NCBI GenBank assembly: GCA_041576165.1
Contig: JBFGLM010000010.1
Span: 1-64,000, forward strand
Reading direction: 5' to 3'
Source: Acidimicrobiia bacterium
GTDB lineage: Bacteria; Actinomycetota; Acidimicrobiia; Spongiisociales; Spongiisociaceae
DNA: 64,000 nucleotides
How positions within the stretch are numbered: position 1 is the stretch's first letter; each line of letters starts with the position of its first letter. Under the pieces are notes generated by a model. That model saw nothing but the letters and a program-made list of their open reading frames with translations, did no database searches and was not told the DNA's origin. Made by a program: the position numbers and the translations under genes. Shown here one piece after another: positions 19,521-29,214 of the stretch.

Positions 19521-20615
19521 TCAGGCGAGATCGGCCGCCAGTTCCGGTCCGATCGATGCCACCAGTGCCTCGTGCATGTCGTCGGCCTCCATCGGAAGGT
19601 GGACGGCCTCGCCCCGCTCCGCCGAAAGGTCGGCTGCCAGGTAGATGTCCATCGTCAGCCGGGCCAGGCGCGGCTCGACCATCACCGGACGGTCGTATGC
19701 CACAGCCTCCAGGAAATGTGTGGTTTCGCGTTCCATCGGGCCCGCGTATGTTTCTCCCACGGGTTCACCCGGCATGCTCGACATCGGGAACAGCACGCCA
19801 TCGTCGACCGTGTTGAAGATCACATCTTTGTGGCTGTCGTCCATCAGGAGGGCGCCGTCGGTGCCGATCACCTCGATCTGGGTCGTAGAGAAGTTCGGCC
19901 AGCCCGGAGGGAGCGACCATCCCGCCCCGATCGTCACCATCACACCGTCGTCCATGGTGATCAACATCGTTTGACCGTCGGCGATGCCCCACGTGTCCCG
20001 CAGCACGCCCCAGGCCAGCTGGCTGTATACCCGCACCGGTCGGCGTGGCTCGAGCAACCACATTGCGAAGTCGATGTCGTGGGTGGCTTCCATCGCCGCG
20101 GGTGTCATCTTCACGCGGCCCCCGATCTTGTTGCCCAGGCGACGCGTCACATGACGGCTCACCAGGATCGAGACGGGATCCCCCAGCTTCCCGTCTGAGA
20201 GGGCTTTTTTGGCGAAGGCCTGTTTCGAGTTGAAGCGCTGCGAATAGCCGATGGTGAACTTCAGGCCGCCGTCCTCGGCCAGCTGGATGAGCTCGTCCGC
20301 CTCGCCCGGCGTCATGGCGATGGGTTTTTCCAGGAGCACGTGCTTGCCTGCCACGAGCGCAGCCCGGCACATCGGGTAATGCAGCGTCTCGGGCGTGGCG
20401 GAGATGTACACGATGTCAACGTCTGGGTGGTCGACGATCTCTTCCCAATTGGTCGTGGCGACGGTTGCCTGGGTGAGCTCACGGACCTCATCCAGGCGAG
20501 CCTCATCGATCTCCGCGATGTGTAGCGCATCAACCAGTGGATGGTTGGCAGCCGCAACGGAGCGTATGCCCCCGCACCATCCGGTCCCGATCACGCCGAC
20601 CGTGTATTGCTTCAT
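19521..20615 (-). CDS. Gfo/Idh/MocA family oxidoreductase
   Basis: GVIGTGWCG, HVLLEKP, GYSQRF. Confidence 0.88.
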   Translation of the reverse strand: MKQYTVGVIGTGWCGGIRSVAAANHPLVDALHIAEIDEARLDEVRELTQATVATTNWEEIVDHPDVDIVYISATPETLHYPMCRAALVAGKHVLLEKPIAMTPGEADELIQLAEDGGLKFTIGYSQRFNSKQAFAKKALSDGKLGDPVSILVSRHVTRRLGNKIGGRVKMTPAAMEATHDIDFAMWLLEPRRPVRVYSQLAWGVLRDTWGIADGQTMLITMDDGVMVTIGAGWSLPPGWPNFSTTQIEVIGTDGALLMDDSHKDVIFNTVDDGVLFPMSSMPGEPVGETYAGPMERETTHFLEAVAYDRPVMVEPRLARLTMDIYLAADLSAERGEAVHLPMEADDMHEALVASIGPELAADLA

Positions 20616-20688
20616 TGTCTCTCCTTGTGTCGAGGTGCCGGGCGTCCAGGGGGCCCAGGCAGGGCCTCTCTCGGCCGGCTGATACGCA

Positions 20689-20728
20689 TCAGTCGTTCAA
20701 TAGATCTTCAGTCGTTCAATAGATCTTC
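20689..20728. repeat. 19-bp tandem duplication TCAGTCGTTCAATAGATCT x2
   Basis: Two exact adjacent copies at 20689-20707 and 20708-20726, plus a further TC. Confidence 0.9.
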
Positions 20729-21820
20729 GGGCGCGATAGGAAGTGCGATCGGCCGGCCAAGGCGGGCCGACTTGTCCATCGCCATGGTCAGGATCAGGTT
20801 GCGGTGCCCGTCGGCCGCGGTGGCGTGGGGCGTCTTGACGCCCGTGCTGAGGCGGGAATACCAGGTGGTGGTCTCCTCCCGCATGGGGCCCCACAGCAAC
20901 CCATCGGAGACGTCTCCCGGTGGATAGCTGCCGATGAAGTCGACATGTCGCTGGACCTCAGCGTCATACCCCTTCGTCTTGTAGCCGGCGCCCTGCGGAA
21001 TCTCAGACGCAATGATCACGTCTCGATGCGTGTCCTCGATGTCGATGACTCCCTTGGTTCCCACGATGCCGATCTCGATGCCGTACACCGCCCCCGGCCA
21101 CACGGGGGGGAGCGCCCAGGAGATGTTCATGGACCACAGCGTGCCGTCGTCCATTGTGAAGATGCCGAACGTAGCGTCTTTGGTGCCCCACTCGCCGAGG
21201 ATCTGGTCGTTGGAGCGGGCGTAAACCTCGACGGGTGTTTTGCCTTCCATCAGCCACATACACATGTCGAGTGAGTGGGTGCCGGACACAACCATCGGGG
21301 TCAGGGTCGCTCGATCTTCGGTCTTCATCAGCGTTGCGATCGGCACCATCTGGTTCATGAAGGCCCGCGTGACAACCGCGGTCACCTCGCCGATCTGCCG
21401 ATCCCGGAGCCGCTGCTTCACGGTCTGGAACCGGCGCCGGAAGCGCTGCGTGTAGCCGATGACTGCGTCGACTCCCCTGTCCTCGATGGCCTTGAGAACT
21501 GCGGCCGACTCGACCGGGTCGCTGGCCAGCGGCTTCTCGATGAACATCGGGAAGCCATACTCGACCGCCTGCATGATCGGATCAACGTGTTCGTTCTCGG
21601 CGGTGGCGACGATCACGGCGTTGACCTGGGGCTGGGCCAACAACTCGGAGATATCGGTAGTGACGAAATCGGCATCCGTGTCGGCCGCGAGCTGTTTGGC
21701 AGTGGGTTCGTGGATGTCGGCCAGCCCCAGCCAGGTCACCGCCGGATATTCGCGGGCCAGCACCGCCCGGACGCGACCAATCGTTCCACAGCCGATGATT
21801 GCGAGCCCGATCTCGTTCAT
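20708..21820 (-). CDS. Gfo/Idh/MocA family oxidoreductase
   Basis: IIGCGTIG, FIEKP, GYTQRFR; ATG at 21820 with GAGGAG RBS. Confidence 0.88.
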   Translation of the reverse strand: MNEIGLAIIGCGTIGRVRAVLAREYPAVTWLGLADIHEPTAKQLAADTDADFVTTDISELLAQPQVNAVIVATAENEHVDPIMQAVEYGFPMFIEKPLASDPVESAAVLKAIEDRGVDAVIGYTQRFRRRFQTVKQRLRDRQIGEVTAVVTRAFMNQMVPIATLMKTEDRATLTPMVVSGTHSLDMCMWLMEGKTPVEVYARSNDQILGEWGTKDATFGIFTMDDGTLWSMNISWALPPVWPGAVYGIEIGIVGTKGVIDIEDTHRDVIIASEIPQGAGYKTKGYDAEVQRHVDFIGSYPPGDVSDGLLWGPMREETTTWYSRLSTGVKTPHATAADGHRNLILTMAMDKSARLGRPIALPIAPEDLLND

Positions 21821-21830
21821 ACCTCTCCTC

Positions 21831-22844
21831 TCATTCCCAGCCCAGCAATCGAGCGGCATTGCCCCCGGCGATCAAATTGATGTCCTCTTGTCTGAGACCC
21901 TCAACCCGGCCCAGCAGCGCAAGGGGGTCGTCCTCGCCCATGTCGTAGGGATAGTCGGTACCGAGGACAACGTGGTCGGACCCGAACCGCTTCACCAAAT
22001 ATTCGATCTGGTCAGGCTGGAACACCATCGTGTCGAAGTACATCCGCTCCAGGTAGGTGGTCGGAGGTTGGGGCACCCCTTCGGCCACGTCGGCGCGGGC
22101 CCGCCAGCCATGATCCATCCTGGCCGAATAAGCCGGCAGATAGCCGCCACCGTGGACTACGACAACCTTGAGGTCCGGGTGTCGTTCCATGACGCCGTTC
22201 CAGATGAGGTGCCCGATGGCGAGCGTCGAGTCGAATGCGTGCCCCAGGATGTTGACGAAGTTGTGCTGCAGCAGTCGCTGTCGCTCAGGGATACCATAGG
22301 TGTGGATGATCACTGCCACCCCGGCACGTTCGATCGCCTGCCACAGCGGGTCGAGCCGGCTGGCGGAGATCTCCTCGCCTTCCACATGTGCGCCCACCTC
22401 GATACCCCGGAAGCCCAGATCGTCGACCGCGTAACGGAGTTCGGCCAGCGCGGCGTCGGTGTCCTGCAGGGGCAGCGTGCCCAGTGGGGAGAAACGACCG
22501 TCGTACGAGGCAGTCGCCTCCGCCAGTTCGTCGTTGATCACGCGGGCCGCCTGGGCCCCAACGTTCGGATCGGCCCAGTAGTAGTACTGGTATGGGGCGA
22601 CTGCGACCGCCTGCACATCGATTCCCATTCGGTCCATGTCTTCCAGCCGCACCTCCAAGAAGTCCATCTTGGGCCGGATGTGTTCGAGCTGCTTGCGGTT
22701 GACCTCTTTGGTCAGATCGCCGCCGTATTGGAGCGGTATGCGGCCGATCCTCTGTTCCTCGGCCTTCATCAGTTCTCGGACGGCCCCGCACTCCCTGTGA
22801 CAGTGGATGTCGATGACCGGCCCGTCGGTGCGGTGCGCCCTCAT
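21831..22844 (-). CDS. Amidohydrolase_2 family protein (ACMSD-like decarboxylase/hydratase)
   Basis: IDIHCH, HGGGYLP, YFDT, LGTDYPYDM; start uncertain. Confidence 0.87.
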   Translation of the reverse strand: MRAHRTDGPVIDIHCHRECGAVRELMKAEEQRIGRIPLQYGGDLTKEVNRKQLEHIRPKMDFLEVRLEDMDRMGIDVQAVAVAPYQYYYWADPNVGAQAARVINDELAEATASYDGRFSPLGTLPLQDTDAALAELRYAVDDLGFRGIEVGAHVEGEEISASRLDPLWQAIERAGVAVIIHTYGIPERQRLLQHNFVNILGHAFDSTLAIGHLIWNGVMERHPDLKVVVVHGGGYLPAYSARMDHGWRARADVAEGVPQPPTTYLERMYFDTMVFQPDQIEYLVKRFGSDHVVLGTDYPYDMGEDDPLALLGRVEGLRQEDINLIAGGNAARLLGWE

Positions 22845-22929
22845 ATGTGGTGTCTCACAGCGGCCCAGACCTCCCTTGTCACGGCGCCGGGACGAGCCAC
22901 ACACCGTCGCTGGTACTGTTCGCCCGGCC

Positions 22930-22948
22930 AGAATGCATCATATACGAT
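22930..22948. promoter_or_regulatory. Shared operator site 1 (AGAA-TGCATCATATA-CGAT)
   Basis: Lies in a divergent promoter region; matches the motif at five other intergenic sites. Confidence 0.65.
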
Positions 22949-22989
22949 CTGAACGCAGAGCCCATCAGACGGATGCCTTGGAGGAAACA

Positions 22990-23877
22990 GTGACAACGAC
23001 CGAAATCCGCGACTGCGTGCCTCCCGACCGTGATCCTCGCCCGCCCAGTTTCGAACTCCCGGCCGGTTCGGTCGACACCCATGTCCACGTCTTCGAGGAC
23101 CGCTATGCGCTTTCACCAGCTCGGGGGTACAACCCGCCCGAGTCGACTCTCGATGACCTTGCGCATCTCCACGCCACTCTCGGCATCGATCGGGTGGTCT
23201 TCACTCAGCCGTCCGTCTACGGCACGGACAACTCAGCCATCCTGGATGGCATGGCCGCTCTGAATGCGGAGACGACCGATCGGGCCCGGGCGGTGGTGGC
23301 CCTGACGATGGACGTCGACGACAACCAACTGGCTGCGTGGGACGCAATCGGCGTGCGTGGTGTCCGGCTCAACACCGACAACAAGGGGGGAATGCCCATC
23401 GGCTGGGACGAACTCGGCTACTTGGCGGCTCGACTTCGCCAGTTCGACTGGCACATCGAGTTTCTGTTCCCGGGAAGAGATATCCTCGATTTGATGCCGC
23501 GCCTGACCGCCGTCGAAGTCCCGATCTCAATCGGCCACTTCGCCTATCAGCCGGCCGCCGCCGGCGTAGCGGCTCCGGGGTTTCAAGCTTTGTTGGAGCT
23601 CGCACGGCAGGGCAACACCTGGATCAAGATCTCAGGCGCCAACCGCGTGAGCGCAACCGACCTGCCGCCGTATGACGACGTCGAGCCGATGGCCCGGGCA
23701 CTCATCGAGGCAGCCCCGGACCGAATCATGTGGGGAACCGACTGGCCACACCCCAACAAATACGAAGTGAATCCGAACGACGGTGATCTCGTCGACGCTC
23801 TCGGCCAGTGGGTGCCCGACGATGAGATGCGCCGGCGAGTCCTGGTCGATACACCCGCTGCCTTCTATCGGTTCTGA
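22990..23877 (+). CDS. Amidohydrolase, LigI-like lactonase family
   Basis: DTHVHVF, TQPSVYGTDN, GVRGVRLN, WIKISG, WGTDWPHP; GTG start with GGAGG. Confidence 0.85.
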   Translation: MTTTEIRDCVPPDRDPRPPSFELPAGSVDTHVHVFEDRYALSPARGYNPPESTLDDLAHLHATLGIDRVVFTQPSVYGTDNSAILDGMAALNAETTDRARAVVALTMDVDDNQLAAWDAIGVRGVRLNTDNKGGMPIGWDELGYLAARLRQFDWHIEFLFPGRDILDLMPRLTAVEVPISIGHFAYQPAAAGVAAPGFQALLELARQGNTWIKISGANRVSATDLPPYDDVEPMARALIEAAPDRIMWGTDWPHPNKYEVNPNDGDLVDALGQWVPDDEMRRRVLVDTPAAFYRF

Positions 23878-24764
23878 TGATGAACGTCGCCGTCATCGGG
23901 CTCGGTCTCATGGGTGGCACATTCGCAGGGCACCTGCTGGACGACGGCCACACCGTCTTCGGTTTCGATCCGGACTCCGACCGCATGGAGGAGCACGTGG
24001 CGAAAGGGGGCCGCGACTCCGGCTCGGCCGGTGAGGCGGCTGCGGCTGCGGATTTGATCGTCCTTTCGCTGCCGAACAGCGACATCATGCTGGATGTGGT
24101 CAGCGACATCGTCCGGCGGGGCCGGGCTGGGTCGCTGGTGCTGGATACAACGACCGGGGAGCCCGACCGGGCGGTGCGAGCCGCCGAAATGCTCGAAGCA
24201 CGCGAGATCGGTTTTGTCGATTGCACAGTGTCGGGCAACGCCGCCATGACGGCGGACAAGGACATCATCTTCATGATCGGAGGCACCGGAGACCAGGTCG
24301 CCCGGGCCCGGGCGATCCTCGAGCCGCTCAGCCGGACCGTGTATCACGTCGGGCCGGTGGGAGCGGGCGCCACCGCCAAGATCGTAGTGAATCACATCCT
24401 CAGTGTGAACCGCGTGGCGGTGGCTGAAGGTTTAGCGGTTGCCGAGGTGGCCGGGGTGGATCTGGTCAGGATGCTGCAGGTGCTGCGCGATTCAGCGGCG
24501 TATTCCAAGGCGATGGACATATGGGGCGACCGCATGGTGACAGGCGACCACTACCCGCCCGCGTCGCGAGTGCGCCAGAGTCATAAGGATTCGCGGTTGA
24601 TCAACGCGTTTGCCGAGAGCATCGGGGCTTCGCACGAACTCACGGAGGTAGTCCGGCGAGCGCTGGTCGAAGCCGAGGAAACCAGTCTGTCCGACGCGGA
24701 CAACTCATCGGTGATGGAGGTCATGCGGCGTCGGGCGGGCATCGGCCGGCTGCCGATCGAGTGA
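23877..24764 (+). CDS. NAD(P)-dependent oxidoreductase, beta-hydroxyacid dehydrogenase family
   Basis: GLGLMG, DCTVSGN, GAGATAKIVVN, KD. Confidence 0.87.
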   Translation: MMNVAVIGLGLMGGTFAGHLLDDGHTVFGFDPDSDRMEEHVAKGGRDSGSAGEAAAAADLIVLSLPNSDIMLDVVSDIVRRGRAGSLVLDTTTGEPDRAVRAAEMLEAREIGFVDCTVSGNAAMTADKDIIFMIGGTGDQVARARAILEPLSRTVYHVGPVGAGATAKIVVNHILSVNRVAVAEGLAVAEVAGVDLVRMLQVLRDSAAYSKAMDIWGDRMVTGDHYPPASRVRQSHKDSRLINAFAESIGASHELTEVVRRALVEAEETSLSDADNSSVMEVMRRRAGIGRLPIE

Positions 24765-24842
24765 GGGTCGCGTAGGCTCCAGACAGATATCGGTATTCAT
24801 GCGGGCGGGGGCGGATCTCGTGCCCACGGAGAAGGGGCAGCC

Positions 24843-26468
24843 ATGAAGTCGGCAACGGTGAGTCCGGGACGTCATATCAGGTTGATCGTCGTGATCCTCA
24901 TGGTGGCGCTGGTGGTTATCACCGCCCACCCAGCCCCCGCCGGAGCGGGCGTGCCGCCGGGCGGTACGTTCGTGGACGACGACGGCAACGTGCACGAGGG
25001 AATGATCGAGGCGCTCGCCGCCCTTGACATCACGCTGGGCTGTGACGTCCAGTTGTACTGTCCCGCACCTTCGCTGACCCGGGGTCAGGTCGCCTCGCTT
25101 ATCGCTCGTGCCTTTTCCCTGCCGCCACCCACGGCGGACCACTTTGCCGACGATGACGGCAGCGTCCACGAGGACAGCATCAACCGCCTCTATGAAGCGG
25201 GGATCACGAGCGGATTCGGCGACGGCACCTTCCGGCCTCTGCTCCCGATCTCACGGGCCCAGATCGCGTCACTCCTGGCTCGAGCACGGGGACTGGCTCC
25301 TGTCGCCACCGGTCCATTCGTAGACGTCGCCGGCGTTCACGCCGGTGCCATCAACGCAATCTACGCCGCCGGAATAACCCAAGGATGCGCCCTCGGCGCC
25401 ACCTACTACTGTCCTACGGACCTGGTGCGGCGCGACCAGGCAGCTTCGTTCCTCGGCCGGGCCTTGTCCCTCATCCCTGCGCTGGTCCCGGCCCGGGACT
25501 GGAACATCGCAGTTTCGGCGCTGAGCGCAGCCGACATTCCGATCGGCATCCACGTCGTCAACGGCAACACGGGCGGAGCCGTGATTCTCACGACCGACGT
25601 TGATGTGGCACCCGAGTGGAACCCGAGCAAGTCTCGCATCGCATTCCACCGGGTGTTGGCCGCACTGTTCACCGATCCAACGCTGGGGGAGGACTTCGTG
25701 CCGCCCGTGCATGCCGTTGAGGCAGACGGCTCGGCTGAGTATGACGTGAATGCCTGGCTCGCAGCCGCCGGTGAATTGCTGGGGAGCTTTGGTTTCTCGT
25801 TCAGCGCCGATGGCCGGTTGGCTCTCGATGGCGGTGACAGCTTCGTCGGTACCGACCGCGACTTGTGGATCGGGGACATCGATGCTGCTTCCGTCACGGA
25901 GCTCGCGAGCGACCCGGCGTGGTGGTTGACCGACCCAAAGTGGAGCACCGGCGGCGACTACATCGCGGTGTACGCCGGGGACGGTCTCGGTGCCGAATCC
26001 ACGCGTGTTTTCGACGCCGTGACCGGGATGGAGGTCGTCGATTTCCCCGAGCCGGCTTCGTTCACCAGTTTCGTGTGGTCGCCGGTCGGCGAAGTCATCC
26101 TGATCCACCTCAGCGATGCTGTCCTGCCGGCGGGCAATGAGCTGCTGCTGTGGGATGTGGCGCTTGCCGATGGGACGCCGGTCATCCTTCCAGGGGCCGC
26201 GTTCATCACCGACTTCGCGTGGTCGCCCGATGGTTCCCAGGTTGCATACTCCAGCAACGCCGATGGAGACTTTGACATTCACGTGGTGGATCTCGCAACG
26301 GAGACGGTCGAGGTGTTGACGTTTAGCTCCACCGACGAACGAGCGCCGGTCTGGTCACCGGGTGGGGCCATGCTTGCTTTCGAATCCAATGGTGGTGTCC
26401 GAATCGTGGTGGCAGCCACCGGCGTCGAGGTTGGCTTCATTCCCAACGCGGCCGACCCGGATTGGTAG
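24843..26468 (+). CDS. S-layer homology domain protein with TolB/PD40-like beta-propeller
   Basis: Signal peptide; three SLH-like repeats (FVDDDGNVHE, TRGQVAS, SRAQIAS, RRDQAAS); WSPDG repeats. Confidence 0.82.
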   Translation: MKSATVSPGRHIRLIVVILMVALVVITAHPAPAGAGVPPGGTFVDDDGNVHEGMIEALAALDITLGCDVQLYCPAPSLTRGQVASLIARAFSLPPPTADHFADDDGSVHEDSINRLYEAGITSGFGDGTFRPLLPISRAQIASLLARARGLAPVATGPFVDVAGVHAGAINAIYAAGITQGCALGATYYCPTDLVRRDQAASFLGRALSLIPALVPARDWNIAVSALSAADIPIGIHVVNGNTGGAVILTTDVDVAPEWNPSKSRIAFHRVLAALFTDPTLGEDFVPPVHAVEADGSAEYDVNAWLAAAGELLGSFGFSFSADGRLALDGGDSFVGTDRDLWIGDIDAASVTELASDPAWWLTDPKWSTGGDYIAVYAGDGLGAESTRVFDAVTGMEVVDFPEPASFTSFVWSPVGEVILIHLSDAVLPAGNELLLWDVALADGTPVILPGAAFITDFAWSPDGSQVAYSSNADGDFDIHVVDLATETVEVLTFSSTDERAPVWSPGGAMLAFESNGGVRIVVAATGVEVGFIPNAADPDW

Positions 26469-26584
26469 CGATCGCCACGCGGACGCATACGGGTTGACGG
26501 ATCTTCGGGAGGGCGGACGACGTCACCCATGTCGGAGGGGTGGGGTCGCTCAAGCCTTTGTTGCGTCACACCGATACGTGAATA

Positions 26585-27988
26585 GTGTCAAGGGGGAGAG
26601 CTCGAGGTCGGTTTGACTGGCGTGCAGTGGCAGCGTGGCTGCCCCGCGGCGACCAGCTCTCACCGGCCGTATGGCGCAGGCGCCACCGATTCATGCAGGC
26701 TGTTCTATGGCTCCATGTCGCGGGGCTGCCGATCACCGGTTTCGTCAACGGCGAGTCGCCTTCCCACCTGCTGGGTGACGGGGCGGGTCTGCTGTTCGTT
26801 GCGGTCGCCGCTCACGTCGTTCGTCATCGCCCACTCCAGGCAACCTTCACCGCATCAGGGCTGTTGGCCAGTTCGGGCTTGCTCGTTCATTTCACGGACG
26901 GGCTGATCGAATCGCATTTCCATTTCTTCGTGATGATCCCCCTCGTGGCGCTCTATCAGGACTGGCGGCCATTCCTCTTGAGCGTTGGTTTCGTCGTGCT
27001 TCACCATGCGGTCATGGGCGTAATCAACCCAGCCTCTGTCTACAACCATGCGGCTGCCCAGGAACGGCCGGTGTTGTGGGCGGTGGTTCACGGCGTCTAC
27101 GTATTGGGGGTCGTGGCGGTGATGACGGTGCATTGGGCGTTTTCGGAGAGCGCACAGGCCGAAGCCGACCGCCACCGGCGACTGCTCGAAGTCGCAGACC
27201 GGCAGATGCGTGAGTCGGAGCGCCAACGATTGGCGGATCTCATCCTGGCCAAGGATCAGTTCATCGCGGCTGTCAGCCACGAGTTGCGAACGCCCCTCTC
27301 AGTCGTGATGGGTCTGGCTTTGGAGCTGCGCGACGGAGGCGCCGGCTTCGACGCCCAAGACAGATGGGAGCTCACGAACCTCATCGCGGACCAAGCGGTC
27401 GAGGTAGCGGCCATAGTCGAGGACCTGCTGGTGGCGGCCCGGGCCGAAATCGACCAGCTCACCTTGCTCCCGGCCGACATCGACTTGCGGCATGAGGTCG
27501 ACCGCGTCATCGATCACCTGCTGTCGGATGTCGACAGGATCATGCACGTCGGTGGCGGTCCGGTCCGGGCGGTGGGAGATCCGATCCGGGTCCGCCAGGT
27601 CATCCGCAACCTCATAAAGAACGCGATCCGGCACGGCGGCAACAACGTTCAGATCGTGGTGAGTCAGGCCGGCGGGATGGCGGTAGTCGAAGTGCGGGAC
27701 GACGGTGCCGAGATCCCCGCAGACCAGCAGGCCGTGATGTTCCAGCCGTATGAGACCAGGGGCGGGGCCGCCGAGGGGCTGGATTCGGTCGGTCTGGGCC
27801 TCACGATCTCCCGGACACTCGCTCGTCTGATGGACGGTGACCTGGCATACGTGCATGAATCGGGCGAGAGCATTTTCCGACTCACGCTGCCCGCGCTTGC
27901 CCCACCCACGGGTGAGGCGGAGCCATCGGATCTGCCACCGGAGGCCAACCGACCGCCGGCTCATCCGGTCCCGATCGCCGGATCCTGA
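26585..27988 (+). CDS. Membrane sensor histidine kinase
   Basis: H-box AVSHELRTPL, N-box QVIRNLIKNAIRHG, DDG, GLGL; N-terminal multi-TM domain with ESHFHFF. Confidence 0.9.
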   Translation: MSRGRARGRFDWRAVAAWLPRGDQLSPAVWRRRHRFMQAVLWLHVAGLPITGFVNGESPSHLLGDGAGLLFVAVAAHVVRHRPLQATFTASGLLASSGLLVHFTDGLIESHFHFFVMIPLVALYQDWRPFLLSVGFVVLHHAVMGVINPASVYNHAAAQERPVLWAVVHGVYVLGVVAVMTVHWAFSESAQAEADRHRRLLEVADRQMRESERQRLADLILAKDQFIAAVSHELRTPLSVVMGLALELRDGGAGFDAQDRWELTNLIADQAVEVAAIVEDLLVAARAEIDQLTLLPADIDLRHEVDRVIDHLLSDVDRIMHVGGGPVRAVGDPIRVRQVIRNLIKNAIRHGGNNVQIVVSQAGGMAVVEVRDDGAEIPADQQAVMFQPYETRGGAAEGLDSVGLGLTISRTLARLMDGDLAYVHESGESIFRLTLPALAPPTGEAEPSDLPPEANRPPAHPVPIAGS

Positions 27989-28016
27989 CCGCCGGCACAG
28001 TACCTCGGGCGGGTGG

Positions 28017-28991
28017 TCACCGGCCGCGGCGGCGGGCAAGACGACCGAGATCGGCGACGCTCGTCCATCGGCGGATGTAAGCCATTCGCCGGGCAAACTG
28101 GAGAGGTTTGAGCTCAGGGCTGAGTTCGAGTGCCCGGTCGTACGCCGCGACCGCCTGTTTGTGCTCGCCTAGCTGGCTGAGGATCCCGCCGTGCATCCAG
28201 TGGACCATCACGTTGTCGGGTTGGAGGGCGACGGCTTGTTCGATGGCGGTCAGGGCGTCCCGGGTCCGCTTCAAGCCGACCAGCGCGGCGGCTCGGTTGC
28301 CGTGGCCATGACCGTTCTTGGGATCGATGGCGATGGCCCGATTCGAGGCTGTGAGCGCCGCCGCCCAATCTCCCTGGCCGATGAGGATGGCGGCCCGGTT
28401 CACGACGGCAGGGAGGAAATCGGGCGCAGTTTCGAGTGCCTCCTCCAGGACAGCGAGCGCTTCGCCCGGCCGCAGCTGGGCGGCAAGCTCACCGGCCTGC
28501 GAAGTCAGTTCGGCAGCTCGCTGCGTTTCCGGCGAAGTGATGTAGTCGGCGTAGCGTTCGATGCGTGATCCGAGATCGAAGCCGGGCTCAGCATCGTGCG
28601 GCGCACTATGCCCTAACGCATCCTCGAGCGCAGCGATGAACGGGGGACCAGGCAAGATGGCGCCACTGACGTCAACGTGTTCCACGTCTATCAGCAAATC
28701 CAGTGGTTTGCCCGAGAGAAGCAACGGAAGGATGGGCCGGTCAGGTGCTTCTCGCGCTACGTGGATTTCGCGCTTCACGTGCCGCGACTTCGCCGCCGAC
28801 TTCGACATGACGACGACGACGGCCGCAGCGGATCGAATCTGAGCCATCAGCTCGTCGTCCCAACTACTGCCGGGTGGGATATCTTGATCCCAATACACCG
28901 CGAAACCGGCACCGCGCAGATGCTCAACGAGTCCGGTGGTGTAACTGCGATCTGCGCTGCTGTATGACACAAATACGTGCCCGGCTTCCAT
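28017..28991 (-). CDS. TIR domain + TPR repeat protein
   Basis: HVFVSYSSAD, WDQDIPPG, VVVMS...SRHVKREI; about four TPR units after a linker. Confidence 0.88.
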   Translation of the reverse strand: MEAGHVFVSYSSADRSYTTGLVEHLRGAGFAVYWDQDIPPGSSWDDELMAQIRSAAAVVVVMSKSAAKSRHVKREIHVAREAPDRPILPLLLSGKPLDLLIDVEHVDVSGAILPGPPFIAALEDALGHSAPHDAEPGFDLGSRIERYADYITSPETQRAAELTSQAGELAAQLRPGEALAVLEEALETAPDFLPAVVNRAAILIGQGDWAAALTASNRAIAIDPKNGHGHGNRAAALVGLKRTRDALTAIEQAVALQPDNVMVHWMHGGILSQLGEHKQAVAAYDRALELSPELKPLQFARRMAYIRRWTSVADLGRLARRRGR

Positions 28992-29214
28992 GGCCCCCGC
29001 CCCCTAGGCGTGCCCTGGAGGCTAGAGGTTCGCCGTCCTCGCGTGCAGCAGCCGGGTGGGTCGGACCACCCGGCCAAGGCATACGACCAAGACCGGTTGG
29101 GAGCCATGGGTGCAGGCGGACCTGAGCGGACGAAGAACACGACCGAAAGCCACATGGAGCCCCGAGGTCGGTTGCGCCGACTTCCTGCGGGAAACTCTGG
29201 GCCTCTCCAACTGA

